From IMG/VR virus record IMGVR_UViG_2828467665_000001, positions 7,880 to 71,879 of that record: a stretch of DNA of 64,000 bases. One strand, given 5' to 3'. The notes below the pieces were generated by a model, which was not told the origin of the DNA, searched no databases, and worked only from the letters and a program-made list of their open reading frames with translations. The translations under genes and the position numbers were made by a program. Positions 47,301 to 56,552 of this stretch are shown here, piece by piece. Origin of the DNA: a virus (Duplodnaviria > Caudoviricetes). Position 1 is the stretch's first letter, and every line of letters begins with the position of its first letter.

Positions 47301-47866
47301 TCGCCCAGCAGCAGGCGTTGGCGGCGAAAAACCCCAACGAGCTATTTGTCCAGCAGGCGTATCGCGATGTCTTCGGGCGCGAGGCGGACACGGGCGGCCT
47401 GTCCTACTGGACTAACCAGATGGATGTCGGGGCATCGACCGCCGCGCAAGTGATGGAGCGCCTGAACTGGGAAAAGGCGCACGGCGCCATGCGCTTCGGC
47501 GGGATCGTCGGCAGCTACGCCACGGGTGGCATGGTCGGCAACGGGATGTGGGACGTGGATAGCGTGCTGGCCCGGTATGCCGGAGGCGGCAACATTGCAC
47601 TGGCAGGCGGGGAGTTCGTGACCCGCGCGCCGTCCGTCAATCGCGATACCTTGCCAACGCTCGCGGCGATCAACGCCACTGGCCGGCTGCCGTCAGCCAA
47701 CGATGACAGCGCGAAAGCCGAGATCAGGGCGTTACGGCAGGAGGTGGCCGAGCTGAAGCAGGCTCTTGTCGCCGGGTTCAACGGAACCATTGGAGCGGTT
47801 TCGCAAACCACGAGCGCCGTGAAATCCACCGAAAGCACCATCGGCCGGCAGCGGATCGCGAGGTAA
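41327..47866 (+). CDS. Tail tape measure protein
   Basis: 2179 aa Ala-rich helical; Q.SQGL..GALRGEEFNS tape-measure domain. Confidence 0.96.
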   Translation: MATTHSVNLEVNTAGVKKASVDLADIEKSINEAGKAIDTFGDKSNDAGKSVEKTGEKTRKVITNFERVEKAIRDAEKAMQQMARATSHMGSSIDRMEAELRQATAAMRASAEATRAMQASIAQMGSSFDRAVAGMRSAGSEARAGASSVSLLSTAYSHLAGLIAGLGVYQLGRTFIEMADTSKMLEGRLKLVTSSSDELVAVQGRLYAVAQGSGSALESTVELYARLARSTRSLGVESDTLLTVTNTLQQAFAVSGASTQEATNAIIQMSQGLAAGALRGEEFNSVAEQGSRITELLADSLGMTIGELRAFAAEGGITTQVIIDATVKGAQKIAEEYAKLPPTVEREMTLMRNAVLQGIGDIDKELAITETIARHMKEMRQAIEAADIGAIIDKWVPSFGAVAAAVTLVSGAMASRLVPSLALTAGQMAAPIALAWQISASATAAAAATSILSGALSALNAVMRAFGGPIGLVISGVAAGIAYWATSTDDATASLRVYESVLNSIIKKYRESAGDVEKFAKALDEMSRTELEASLQKARKEFESIKQTMGEIAGGGLLTTFKQAFGVEMSEGARRLADATDRLFKSGDLTGFRQTLDAISAATPEVAQQADELMKLASKYEDAGRNAGIFSNAVAASEGDMNGAGRTADLLAGKVTGMGNAAAGATPQVYGLSSAMKEIIALAPQMNAAMQAQMKLATLQSNYQKEMAAAEEAFQQSNDAAAYVVQLEKLNAAMGEATGNVTGYTAAQETVIAQSEKIARDALPREERARAELNARYDEAAEKIRKTLETGAEYNKVQELIAQNEKNRSGDMANLNRDLEAQAAKHSKAGKAARDHAKATQQLENAVEQLIHRNDEQIKLLELEAAGYGKSAEEVLYLKYAHDAETAALRAKVPLTEQHLARLREQAQQVSALTAALDAQRKAQEALNQVQDLVSATWVRALEDMTLNAETLTDAIKGIGDAWSKASLDALLTGKGPLAQFTGLASNDPSNPNAVGGIFGVLMGNTNKLISSIPKQVEKGAEKGTASGAETGIATSFSSGGSAGTFLEQNGKAIMGAMAGVTSLVGAYGVGMSGGSMGMAGVGGAISGATGGMALGGISLAGGGTLGAALGLSSAALGGIGAVIGAGISVYANQEAKKQAKQARYEEAQANYQSALPAMKELSAALAGDVTGTLQQAVDQARSKTHELLVIATNAFRMDEVDRLYKEFDAFEARIGKEFRDVFEGTLDQLSAGGALSGAFTSAKSEMQSFGDELLTWVEDVKKAFNVWSGGEAEQATQAARDAALAMLEPAESISAVQQAIQQVNGRASALQGILEDLYMSSGDAARAIDEGVLRAMDALRTSFSDDLTSKLYDAQDKGYMNDVRDTLAEVEQMYSDAAALGIDESSRIAEYLKLSAQGIVDGAELTGGAFDEMLMKFPELSGVVHQFVATMDEAIQTAGQFNESMIDKVLGAQGKSYIVDMRNLLTERDSLTQTAQQLGADVGLVNQYFGLAAQNIVTNAQLTGDAFNDLLAWFPQLSGQLTAFSAAAQQVGDTFWDVQNNVIDKILGAQGKSYISDMRALITERDELTATAQSVGVDVGLVNQYFSLAAQNIVDNAGLTGDAFADLISWFPDLSSSLKEAGKAVEQTADQIAAAAERIRGFEDRFFAATNDNGTLDGALREFDRTAARGRAAELAAGGQGLVALERAIAAERLNVQAQFAADAVSAAQSAVDTARQNLQSAAQAAIDAAQAQVDAAQTAAQAAAQAVSDAQSRVDAAQQALERAQDAVRQGYEDQASTLRDTVSRLQSFIKGIKEFKASLVLDDSLSPYSPAQRLAEAQRQYQEIAAKALAGDTGAMDQLESVSRSYLEEARGYYASSEAYYQAFNDVQSVLDRVSASAQDQLSEAERQLAALDAQIAALTRIDDTVLSIEQAQADLLAAQQELVTAQQQQSQADSALSVAQANLDAVQSQMDALLGIDKSVMSVYQAIQELTAAESALAKAQQTQADILAQQQALAAKNPNELFVQQAYRDVFGREADTGGLSYWTNQMDVGASTAAQVMERLNWEKAHGAMRFGGIVGSYATGGMVGNGMWDVDSVLARYAGGGNIALAGGEFVTRAPSVNRDTLPTLAAINATGRLPSANDDSAKAEIRALRQEVAELKQALVAGFNGTIGAVSQTTSAVKSTESTIGRQRIAR

Positions 47867-47872
47867 AACCAC

Positions 47873-49450
47873 ATGACAGTCTATCTCATTGAGCTGGAGG
47901 CCCACACGGGCGCCGGCGTCGAGACCTTGCACCTCGCATCGGAGGGCTACGCCACGCTGCCCACGGATAGCCCGGCGAACACGTGGTATGAACCGCGCGT
48001 CATTTCGCCGGGGTCGTTCCAGCGGAACCTGTTTCGGCCGGGGGCGACGTCGGGTGATGCTGAGATCGGCTATGGCGAGATCGTGCTCGCCAATGTCGAC
48101 GGCGGCCTTGACGCTTGGCTCGACTACGGCTTTGACGGCCGGCCGGTGACGATCAAAGTGCTGCCGGACGCTGACACGGCCTATGCGCAGGCGAGGACAG
48201 TATTCCGCGGATCGGTAGAGATGCTGGACAGCACGCGAGCGTGGGAAGAACTTCGCGTGCGTATTTTCGACAGACGACTTGACTTGGACAAGCCGTTACA
48301 GGTAAATAGGTACGCTGGCACAACTACGAGCGCAGGGCCTACTGCCGAGGGCAATGCCGATCTGAAGGATCAGACCAAGCCCATAATCTTCGGCGCGGTC
48401 TTCAACGTCCCCGGCATCATCGCCAATCCATACGACCTGATTTACCAGTGGTCTGACAGCGCGGTCCAGTCGATTACGGTTTATGACGCCGGCGTGCAGC
48501 TCAAGCTCGCGGCCAATTACTCGACCATCACACAGTTGCGCAATGCAAGCATCCGGCCGGGTCAGTATGCCACGTGCCTCGCGCAGGGCATGGCGCGGCT
48601 TGGCGGTGCTCCGTACAAGCAGATCACGGCTGACGTTGTAGAAGGGGGAGCCGGCCAGCGTACAGCGGCACAGATCGCGCGGCGGGTGCTGCTGCGGGCT
48701 GGCATGACGACGAGCGATTTCAACACCGCCACTTTCACTGCGTTGGACGGCCTGAATAACGCCGAATGCGGCATCTACATCGACACTGACATGCACACCA
48801 AGGATGCTATCTCGCAGGTGCTGGCGAGCGTCGGCGGGTGGCTGGCGCCGGATCATCTCGGGGTGTTTCAGGTCGGGCGCGTGTCCGGACCGGGGGTGCC
48901 GAAAGACACGTTTACCGAGGACGATATCCTCGGCAGCGGCGGTATCGAGCTGTTGGCCGCCAGCGACGACGGCCGAGGCATCCCGATCTATCGCGCAACT
49001 GTGCGCTACGGCCGCATTTGGCACCTCATGCAAGATGGCGAGCTGGGTGGCTGCGTGAGCAATGACAGGCGGGCATACCTGTCGACCGAATATCGTGAGG
49101 CAAAGGCCGACAACTTGCCGGCGCAGACCAAGCACAAGCTTTCCCCTGAAATCACGGTCGACACGCTGCTGGCGACGCAATCGGCGGCTGAGGCCGAGGC
49201 GTCTCGCCTGCTTGGCCTGCGAGGGCTCCGGCGTGACACTATCGTCATCACGCTCCCTTTCGGGGACAGTGAGCGCGGCGACGAAGCCTATACCCGCGCG
49301 ACGGCAATCAACCTGGGCGACACGATCACAGTGCAGGTGCCACGCTTCGGCTACGGCTCAGGGCGCCCCTTCGTTGTGATCGGCCGCGAGGACAGCTACG
49401 GCACCGCCGACGACCCGGCGCAAACCGTCAAACTAACCTGCTGGGGGTGA
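47873..49450 (+). CDS. Tail tip / hub protein
   Basis: Follows tape measure; KP..FG.VFNV, LGDTITV..PRFG. Confidence 0.8.
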   Translation: MTVYLIELEAHTGAGVETLHLASEGYATLPTDSPANTWYEPRVISPGSFQRNLFRPGATSGDAEIGYGEIVLANVDGGLDAWLDYGFDGRPVTIKVLPDADTAYAQARTVFRGSVEMLDSTRAWEELRVRIFDRRLDLDKPLQVNRYAGTTTSAGPTAEGNADLKDQTKPIIFGAVFNVPGIIANPYDLIYQWSDSAVQSITVYDAGVQLKLAANYSTITQLRNASIRPGQYATCLAQGMARLGGAPYKQITADVVEGGAGQRTAAQIARRVLLRAGMTTSDFNTATFTALDGLNNAECGIYIDTDMHTKDAISQVLASVGGWLAPDHLGVFQVGRVSGPGVPKDTFTEDDILGSGGIELLAASDDGRGIPIYRATVRYGRIWHLMQDGELGGCVSNDRRAYLSTEYREAKADNLPAQTKHKLSPEITVDTLLATQSAAEAEASRLLGLRGLRRDTIVITLPFGDSERGDEAYTRATAINLGDTITVQVPRFGYGSGRPFVVIGREDSYGTADDPAQTVKLTCWG

Positions 49451-49456
49451 TCCAAT

Positions 49457-50941
49457 ATGGCCGATAGCGATATCACGGTTGCGACGCTGACTGCGGCGCA
49501 GGCGGGGCCGGGGGCTATCCTTGTCACGCCTGTCACCACCGGCGGATCGTGCCTGCCCTATATGGCGCTCGACGCCGTGGAGATTTGGGCGTCCACCACG
49601 AACAGCCGGGGCTCGTCGATTAAAGTTGGCGATACCGTACTTGGGTTCATCCATGCCGATCTCCCGGCCAACACGACACGCTATTATTGGGCGCGGGCGC
49701 GCGACGTGTCGGATAATAATGGCGATTGGTACCCGGCGAGCGCTACTGCCGGGATATCGGCTACGACGACATCTGCTGATGTCGCGGACGGCAGCATAAC
49801 GGAAAACAAGCTCGCCAATGGCGCTGTCACAGAAAACAAGGTTGGCAACGGCGCTGTAACGACGACGAAAATTGCCAATTTGGCAATCACTACGGCGAAA
49901 ATCGGTGATGCACAGATCACGCAAACTAAAATCGGTAATGCCGCCATTGTGAATGCGCACCTTGGCAATGCAATTATTGCCGAGGCGAATATTCAAAATG
50001 CGGCGATAACGAATGCAAAAATCGCCAGCCTGACGGCAGATAAGGTCAGCGCCGGCACCTTCACCGGCCTGACATTCCGGACGGCGGCGACCGGCACCCG
50101 CGTTGAAATCTCAGCGGACACAAATGACATCACGGCATACGTATCCGGCGGGCAGGCCTCGCTCGGCGGCACAGACAACGTCGGTCTCAGGATATCAAAC
50201 TCGACCGGAAACGGGCTGATTGTCCGCGCAAAGAGCGTAACGGAAAATGCTCCCGCGAGTATGTTCGAGGGCACTGCCACCAATGGTCCGGCGGTTGGCA
50301 TCTATTCCGTGGGTCAGCTGACCGGCCATGCGCTGCGATGCACCACGAGGCTCAACGCTTCGTCCGGTGACTCATTGGGCGGGCAGGCAATTGTTGGTGT
50401 CGCGCAGGGCGGCGGCGGGCACGCCGTCTACGCCGAGAAGGGGAGTTTTGCTCCCTTCACCGGCTCGCATGACGCATTTATCGCGAAAGATGAGCCCACG
50501 GAAATTGGTGATATTGTCTGTGACCTGAAGGTGATAGCTCGATCCGGCGTCGATGATACGGTGACGGAGGTCTACGTCGCGGAGGACGATGCAGACCCGG
50601 CCGCTGTTGGCGTCGTGTCGCGCCGACTGCCATTTGAGCCGGCATCGCTGATCGGTGGGCTGCCACAGGCCGAGGGCACTACCCGCCTGCGTGAAATCCT
50701 CGCCGAGCGCTACGACCGCCTCGCCATCAACAGCGTGGGCGAGGGGCAGGTGAATGTGTGCGGCCGGGGCGGGGATATCCGGGCCGGTGACCTGATCATG
50801 ACATCGACGCTGCGCGGCAAAGGCCAGCGGCAGCCGGACGGGATCATGCGCGCCTACACCGTCGCCAAAGCGCGAGAGAGCGTCACGTTCTCGGGGGCGG
50901 ACGACTGGAAGCGCGTGAGCTGCATTTACCTCTGCGGCTGA
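49457..50941 (+). CDS. Tail fibre/tip protein with FN3-like start, decapeptide repeats and chaperone-like C-terminus
   Basis: YYWARARD.S.N; IT..KI...A repeats; FTGSH..NSVGEGQ..GDLI.TS. Confidence 0.75.
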   Translation: MADSDITVATLTAAQAGPGAILVTPVTTGGSCLPYMALDAVEIWASTTNSRGSSIKVGDTVLGFIHADLPANTTRYYWARARDVSDNNGDWYPASATAGISATTTSADVADGSITENKLANGAVTENKVGNGAVTTTKIANLAITTAKIGDAQITQTKIGNAAIVNAHLGNAIIAEANIQNAAITNAKIASLTADKVSAGTFTGLTFRTAATGTRVEISADTNDITAYVSGGQASLGGTDNVGLRISNSTGNGLIVRAKSVTENAPASMFEGTATNGPAVGIYSVGQLTGHALRCTTRLNASSGDSLGGQAIVGVAQGGGGHAVYAEKGSFAPFTGSHDAFIAKDEPTEIGDIVCDLKVIARSGVDDTVTEVYVAEDDADPAAVGVVSRRLPFEPASLIGGLPQAEGTTRLREILAERYDRLAINSVGEGQVNVCGRGGDIRAGDLIMTSTLRGKGQRQPDGIMRAYTVAKARESVTFSGADDWKRVSCIYLCG

Positions 50942-50950
50942 GGGGAACTC

Positions 50951-51802
50951 ATGGGACAGCTTGCACTCTACTACGGCAACTACGCCGACGCGGCGTCGTT
51001 GTCCGGCGGATCGTGGGCGGCTGGATTGCCGCTCAATAATCTCAAGAATCGCATGCTCCGGCGGGTGGCGCGGTCTGTCGACGCCGCGACAACGTCGACG
51101 CAGATGCGCATCGATCTCGGCGCGGCGCAGTCGATCCCGGCGATCTTTCTCGGCCCCTATAATGCCTCTGGCGGGCTGAAATACCGCGTTCGCGGGGCTG
51201 ACAACGCCAATATGACCGGAGCGATTTACGATAGCGGGACAGTTGGCGCCAATGTCGTTCCGTCGCTCTCACTGGCGTGGGAGGATCCCGGTTTTTGGTA
51301 CGGTATTTCGTCCGCCGGCGAGGTCGAGTTGCGCGGGTGGATCATGCATTTCCTGCCGTCCCCGGTGACGGCGCGGTACTGGCGCATCGAAATCGACGAT
51401 ACCGCGAATGCTGCCGGGTACCTGCAATTTGGCCGGCTGATGATGCCCAAGCGCTGGCAGCCGGCCGTGAATTACGAGCCGGGCAGCACTGGGTTGTCCC
51501 TTGAGGATCGCACCGTCGTGCAGGAGAGCATCGGCGGCAGCGAGTATTTCTGGCGAAGGCAGGAGCCGCGCGTATTTAATTGCTCGTGGCCGTACCTCAA
51601 AGAGACAGACACCTACGGATCGGCGCTCAATATGATGCGCGATATCGGCAGCAGCGGTGAGGTATTCGTGGTGCCGGACCCCGACAGCACCTACGTCCAG
51701 CGCCGGTCGTTTCTCGGCCGCATGCGCTCGCGCGATGCGATCGGTCAGCCAATCCCTATCGATTACACGTCCTATGGCTTTGAGATCAAGGAGATCATCT
51801 AA
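50951..51802 (+). CDS. Minor tail protein (distal-tail-like)
   Basis: ARYWRIEIDD..N..GY.Q.GRL, WQP.VN. Confidence 0.75.
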   Translation: MGQLALYYGNYADAASLSGGSWAAGLPLNNLKNRMLRRVARSVDAATTSTQMRIDLGAAQSIPAIFLGPYNASGGLKYRVRGADNANMTGAIYDSGTVGANVVPSLSLAWEDPGFWYGISSAGEVELRGWIMHFLPSPVTARYWRIEIDDTANAAGYLQFGRLMMPKRWQPAVNYEPGSTGLSLEDRTVVQESIGGSEYFWRRQEPRVFNCSWPYLKETDTYGSALNMMRDIGSSGEVFVVPDPDSTYVQRRSFLGRMRSRDAIGQPIPIDYTSYGFEIKEII

Positions 51803-51803
51803 A

Positions 51804-53981
51804 ATGGCCCTGACACCTCAAGAGCTTGCCGCAGTTGCTGAGCTGAGACGCATCAACGGCAATAGTCACCTGTCTGACCCTAACGGCCTCGGCGACGACG
51901 GCCACCGTGTTAATTTCGTGCCCGGTTTGCACGCCATGGCTGATGTCACTGATGCAGTGGCGCGCGAAGCTGATGCGGCAGTGGCGGCTGCATTGTCCGC
52001 GGCGGCGCAAGCAGCGTCTCTCTCCGGCACGTCGACGACTTCGGTTGCGATCGGCGCCGGCAGCAATACGCTGACGACGCAGGCTGGCAAGGCGTTTGGC
52101 GCCGGCACATTCGTACTGCTCACATCAGACGCCAATCCCACGACGCATTACATCCTCGGCCAGGTCACGGCCTACTCAGGCGCTTCGCTCACGATCGCGG
52201 CGGCGTCTTTCGCGGGTAGCGGATCGCGCGCAGATTGGACGATCCGTGTGGCAGGTGGTCCTGGTGCGGCAGGCGCTGACGGAAAGCAGGTTGAGCTGCA
52301 AAAATCTGCCACGCATATCCAGTGGCGCTTGGCCGGGGGCTCGTGGGCCAACCTCATCGCCATCGCCGACCTGAAGGGCGCAGACGGACGCGAAATTGAA
52401 ATGCAGGTCTCAGCCACGCATGTGCAGTGGCGGTATGTCGGCGCATCCAGTTGGACCGATCTGATTGCACTGTCTGCGCTTAAGGGGGCTGACGGGCGCG
52501 AGGTCCAGATGCAGGGGGGCGCCACCCATATCCAGTGGCGATATGCTGGCGTGGAGGCATGGACGGATATTGTAGCCCTATCCGATCTTAAGGGCGAGCC
52601 GGGGCCTCGCGGCGCACAGATCATCAATGGCGCACGCGATCCAGCGCCGGGCGACGGCAGCAACGACGACTATTGGATGCAGTCTGCGGATGGGGTGACA
52701 GGCGAGCAAGGTGATTTTTGGTTCAAGTCGGCTGGCGCATGGACCAAGCTTTTCTCGATGAAAGGGCCGGCCGGGTCCGGCTCGGGTGACGTCGTAGGCC
52801 CCAATGGCAGTGTGGTCGACGCCGAGCTAGCGCTATTCAGTGGCACGACGGGCAAAACTCTGAAGGGCTCCGGCAAGACCATCGCCACGCTAACCGCTGA
52901 CCTCTCGGCTGCTATGGACGCGGCAGAGAGCGCCAAGTTCGTGACGCCAAAGGCTCTCTGGGACACGCTTGTCCCGCTTGCAATCTCGGTCAGCGGGGGC
53001 GTGGCGACGCCGGACTTCGGGGCGCGCCAGAATTTTACGCTTGCGCTCACCGGCAACACGACGCTCGCGAATCCGCCCGGCGCGAAAATCGGTCAGTCCG
53101 GGACGATCCAGCTGACGCGCTCGGCTCTACAGACGCTGTCATATGGGGCAGCCTGGAATCCTGTTGGCGAGATAGAGCTGCCGGCGGCGTCGGGCGCGGG
53201 CGCGAAAATCATCTACGAGGTTGTCAGCACGTCGCCGCTCCGGGTTGATTTTTCGGTATCGTACGCTGGTTCCGGGGGCGCGGGCGGGACCGTCACGAGC
53301 GTCGGCCTGTCTCTGCCTGCGGGCTTTACCGTGACCGGCTCTCCCGTTACCGCATCCGGCACACTGACGGGCGCGTGGGCAGCTGGGTATCAGGCGTATA
53401 CTGCCGCGGAAGCCGACAAGGTCGCGGGCATCGCGATCGGTGCCGACGTGACTGCCACGGCCATCGGCGCGGCCACCGCAAAGGAAACGCCAGTCAACGA
53501 GGACACCATCCCCCTCACTGACAGCGCCGCCTCCGGAGCCTTGAAAAAGGTCACGTGGACGGTGATCAAGGCGGCGCTGAAGACATACTTCGACGGGCTG
53601 TATGTCGTCATCCAGGCCATGGCGAGCGAGGTCCGCGCAGGGACAGTCGAGAACCGATACGTCTCCCCGTCATCCCTTTGGGCGGCGCTTGCGCCAGTTG
53701 AGCTTACGGATGCGGCGACGATCGCCATCAACCTTGCGGGCGGCATAAATTTCCGCGTCGAAATCACGGACAATCGCACGCTCGGCAACCCCACGAACGT
53801 CAAGGCTGGCCAGCAGGGGACTATCAATGTCACGCGATCCGCCGCGCAGACGCTGGCGTTTGGCTCAAACTGGCGGCCCTACGGCAATACGACGCTCCCG
53901 GCGACCGGCAAGGGCTTCAAAATCGCATACGAGGTGATCGCATCTACCGTCATCCACTACAGCATCATTCCGGAGGCGTAA
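51804..53981 (+). CDS. Tail fibre protein
   Basis: SGTSTTS.AIG.G anchor, three GADG..E.Q...THIQWR repeats, duplicated N.TL.NP domain. Confidence 0.8.
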   Translation: MALTPQELAAVAELRRINGNSHLSDPNGLGDDGHRVNFVPGLHAMADVTDAVAREADAAVAAALSAAAQAASLSGTSTTSVAIGAGSNTLTTQAGKAFGAGTFVLLTSDANPTTHYILGQVTAYSGASLTIAAASFAGSGSRADWTIRVAGGPGAAGADGKQVELQKSATHIQWRLAGGSWANLIAIADLKGADGREIEMQVSATHVQWRYVGASSWTDLIALSALKGADGREVQMQGGATHIQWRYAGVEAWTDIVALSDLKGEPGPRGAQIINGARDPAPGDGSNDDYWMQSADGVTGEQGDFWFKSAGAWTKLFSMKGPAGSGSGDVVGPNGSVVDAELALFSGTTGKTLKGSGKTIATLTADLSAAMDAAESAKFVTPKALWDTLVPLAISVSGGVATPDFGARQNFTLALTGNTTLANPPGAKIGQSGTIQLTRSALQTLSYGAAWNPVGEIELPAASGAGAKIIYEVVSTSPLRVDFSVSYAGSGGAGGTVTSVGLSLPAGFTVTGSPVTASGTLTGAWAAGYQAYTAAEADKVAGIAIGADVTATAIGAATAKETPVNEDTIPLTDSAASGALKKVTWTVIKAALKTYFDGLYVVIQAMASEVRAGTVENRYVSPSSLWAALAPVELTDAATIAINLAGGINFRVEITDNRTLGNPTNVKAGQQGTINVTRSAAQTLAFGSNWRPYGNTTLPATGKGFKIAYEVIASTVIHYSIIPEA

Positions 53982-54680
53982 ATGCTCGGATCAGTATGGT
54001 GGGCCGCTGCCGCGCTGGCGCGAGCGGCGGCTGGGCAGATCGAATACGATGGCAGTCTCGGCGATACGTTTACGTTCGTCGTGCCCGCAGGCGTCACGCT
54101 CATATCCGCAGTCACTGTCGGGCGCGGTAATATCGGCGGCGGCGGACTCACATGGGCCAATGGTATCATCGTCACGCCCGGCGAGACGATCACTATCTAC
54201 ATGCCGGGGTATGCCGGTATTTTCCGGGGCGGCACGTCAGGCACGCGCCTGCTCTCGGCTAACGGTGCTAGCATATTGACCGTGGACGGTGGCGTCGGCG
54301 GAACGCAACTCTACGCGCCCGGGTTGGTGGATTTCGGCGGCGGCACTGGCGGCCGTGGGGCGGCCAACACGGCGGGCGGCGGCGCGGCGGGCTATCTCGG
54401 CAACGGCGGTAATGCTGGCGCCGCGGCTCCTGCGGGTTCAGGTGCGGGCGGCGGCGGCTCGACGACAACCCGGCCTGGCGGTGGCGTCGGCCTCAAGGGG
54501 CGCGGCGCGGATGGCACGGTCAATGGCGGCCCGGGTTCGGGCGGCGCGCCCGGCTCGGGCGATCTCGGCGGCAAATACGGCGGCGGACGATATCGCACGG
54601 CTGGCACCGCTGGCGCCGCTGGCGTCCGGATCATGTGGGGCGGCGACCGGTCCTACCCCAACAACGCGGGCGATGTCTGA
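53982..54680 (+). CDS. Glycine-rich tail-associated protein
   Basis: TFVVPAGVT.IS, Gly-rich, GVRIMWG. Confidence 0.75.
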   Translation: MLGSVWWAAAALARAAAGQIEYDGSLGDTFTFVVPAGVTLISAVTVGRGNIGGGGLTWANGIIVTPGETITIYMPGYAGIFRGGTSGTRLLSANGASILTVDGGVGGTQLYAPGLVDFGGGTGGRGAANTAGGGAAGYLGNGGNAGAAAPAGSGAGGGGSTTTRPGGGVGLKGRGADGTVNGGPGSGGAPGSGDLGGKYGGGRYRTAGTAGAAGVRIMWGGDRSYPNNAGDV

Positions 54681-54707
54681 CGATCCGCACAATTCGCAAG
54701 CCACGTG

Positions 54708-54732
54708 CCGCCTTCGGGCGGTTTTTTGTTTT
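54708..54732 (+). terminator. Intrinsic terminator
   Basis: GCCGCC-TTCG-GGCGGT plus T run. Confidence 0.75.
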
Positions 54733-54744
54733 CAGGAGGGCCCC

Positions 54745-56547
54745 ATGGCCGACGAACAGGTTGTCCTGCGCACGATGTCAAATCTGACCGCGCTCGAATA
54801 TGAGGACGGGTCGCACGTGCTGCGGGTATCGGCGGCCGGAAGTGCGGCAGGCGGTCAGCCGACCACGCTACGGACGCTCTATAATTTGCGGGCGATCCAG
54901 CACGAGGATGGCAGCCATACGCCGGTAGTCTCAGTAGAGGGAGGAGAGGATGGGCCTGTCTACAGCGTCAATGGCGAGTCTGGCAATGTATCGCTGACGG
55001 CTGCGAAAATCGGCGCCGCCACTGCTGCACAGGGCGAGACGGCAGACGCCGCCTCCGCTGCGGTCGCGTCTGAAGCAGACGCGCGTCGGGCGCTGATCGA
55101 TCAGGTGGGCAGCGGCGATCTTGTCGTTACCAACGAGGCCGGCATGGGCATAGCTCGCATTCATGCCGGCGGCGCGGAGCTGCCGGGGCTGGCGGTTGAG
55201 GCATCTGGGGCCGGTACAGGATTGTCGGTCATCAATGATGCTGGCTTCGCGATCGACGATATCATCAGCCAGGTGGAGCAGTCAGCTCTGACGGTCAACG
55301 ATATGCTGGCGCCACCCCTGCCTACGATCCTGCGCCCCGAACGCCAAATCACTAGCGTCGGCGGTTTTCTCCGCGCTCGGGATCACGCACAGCCAGTCAC
55401 CCCGTCGCCCTATATCAAACGGCCGCCGCGGATCGTCACTGCCACACCGGGCAACCCGTATGCATCGCGCACGATCATGCTGATACCGCACATTGCCTAC
55501 GTGCCCCGGCAGGATGGCTCGCTTGGCCGTATATTTATAGCGTACTTCGCCTCCACAACCACGGATGACATCCTCCACAACCCATACGGGGAGCGCCCTG
55601 GGACCTATCAGGTGATCTCGTATTCTGATGACGGCGGGATTACTTGGGCCGATGCATATTATCTGATTCCAAATCCTGACGAACCTCTATCGCGTGAGGC
55701 GGATGCAGCCCTTCTCGCGTGGCGCGGGCGGCTGTATATCCGCTATATCCACAACAGTGGTCTATACGGTGAGCTAGGAGCCTCTGACGGTTTCGATGCC
55801 GCTTGGGGGGGCTGGCTCGAAAATCCGCTGGCTGACCCCAAACAGTTTATCCACTCGCCGCACACCTATACCGGCATCGGGTTCGCGTACAGCCCATTTA
55901 TTTGGGAGGGTCAGCCGCACTGGCCTCGCGCGTGCGGAGCCGGTGCCTTCACGCCAGCTTCATCGTTGGAGGGAGAGGTGGGCCGGTTTATCGACAAATT
56001 CTGGGTCGACGAGAATGTATTTGAGCCGGTCCTGAGGCTCCCGATCGAGAGCGGCGCTGTATCGTATCCAGAGCATCACGTGGTCCAAAAACGGTTAGGC
56101 GGTGATTTGCTGGCCTACTGGCGCACCTCTGGAGGGCAGCTGGAGTCGACCTATAGCCGGGCAACGGGCCAGTGGAGCACTCCAACGTCTCTCGTGCCCA
56201 AATTGGGGCCGCTCACAGCCAGCCGCATCTGGCTCGGGCGCTCCCCGTCAGGGCGTCTCGTCCTCGTGTACAACGCATCGACCAACCGCGTAAACATGAC
56301 GCTGGCGCTCTCCGATGACGACGGGGAGACGTGGCCCGCCGCCATGCGTGTCACACTTAACGCGGGCTCATCGACGTACCCGGCGGCAGATTTCGGGCCG
56401 GACGGCGAAATCTATGTCACGCACGATCGCCGCTACGCCAATCCGACGCAGATCGTTTTCCACCGGGTCATCGAGCAGAGCGTTGTGGCTGGCAGCCCGT
56501 CTGTGACCACCGTTGTGGTCGATACATCCACCTACACCGCACCTTAA
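54745..56547 (+). CDS. Tailspike-like BNR/Asp-box (sialidase-like) beta-propeller protein
   Basis: SDDGGITW and SDDDGETW Asp boxes; RBS AGGAGG. Confidence 0.8.
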   Translation: MADEQVVLRTMSNLTALEYEDGSHVLRVSAAGSAAGGQPTTLRTLYNLRAIQHEDGSHTPVVSVEGGEDGPVYSVNGESGNVSLTAAKIGAATAAQGETADAASAAVASEADARRALIDQVGSGDLVVTNEAGMGIARIHAGGAELPGLAVEASGAGTGLSVINDAGFAIDDIISQVEQSALTVNDMLAPPLPTILRPERQITSVGGFLRARDHAQPVTPSPYIKRPPRIVTATPGNPYASRTIMLIPHIAYVPRQDGSLGRIFIAYFASTTTDDILHNPYGERPGTYQVISYSDDGGITWADAYYLIPNPDEPLSREADAALLAWRGRLYIRYIHNSGLYGELGASDGFDAAWGGWLENPLADPKQFIHSPHTYTGIGFAYSPFIWEGQPHWPRACGAGAFTPASSLEGEVGRFIDKFWVDENVFEPVLRLPIESGAVSYPEHHVVQKRLGGDLLAYWRTSGGQLESTYSRATGQWSTPTSLVPKLGPLTASRIWLGRSPSGRLVLVYNASTNRVNMTLALSDDDGETWPAAMRVTLNAGSSTYPAADFGPDGEIYVTHDRRYANPTQIVFHRVIEQSVVAGSPSVTTVVVDTSTYTAP

Positions 56548-56552
56548 GGAGC

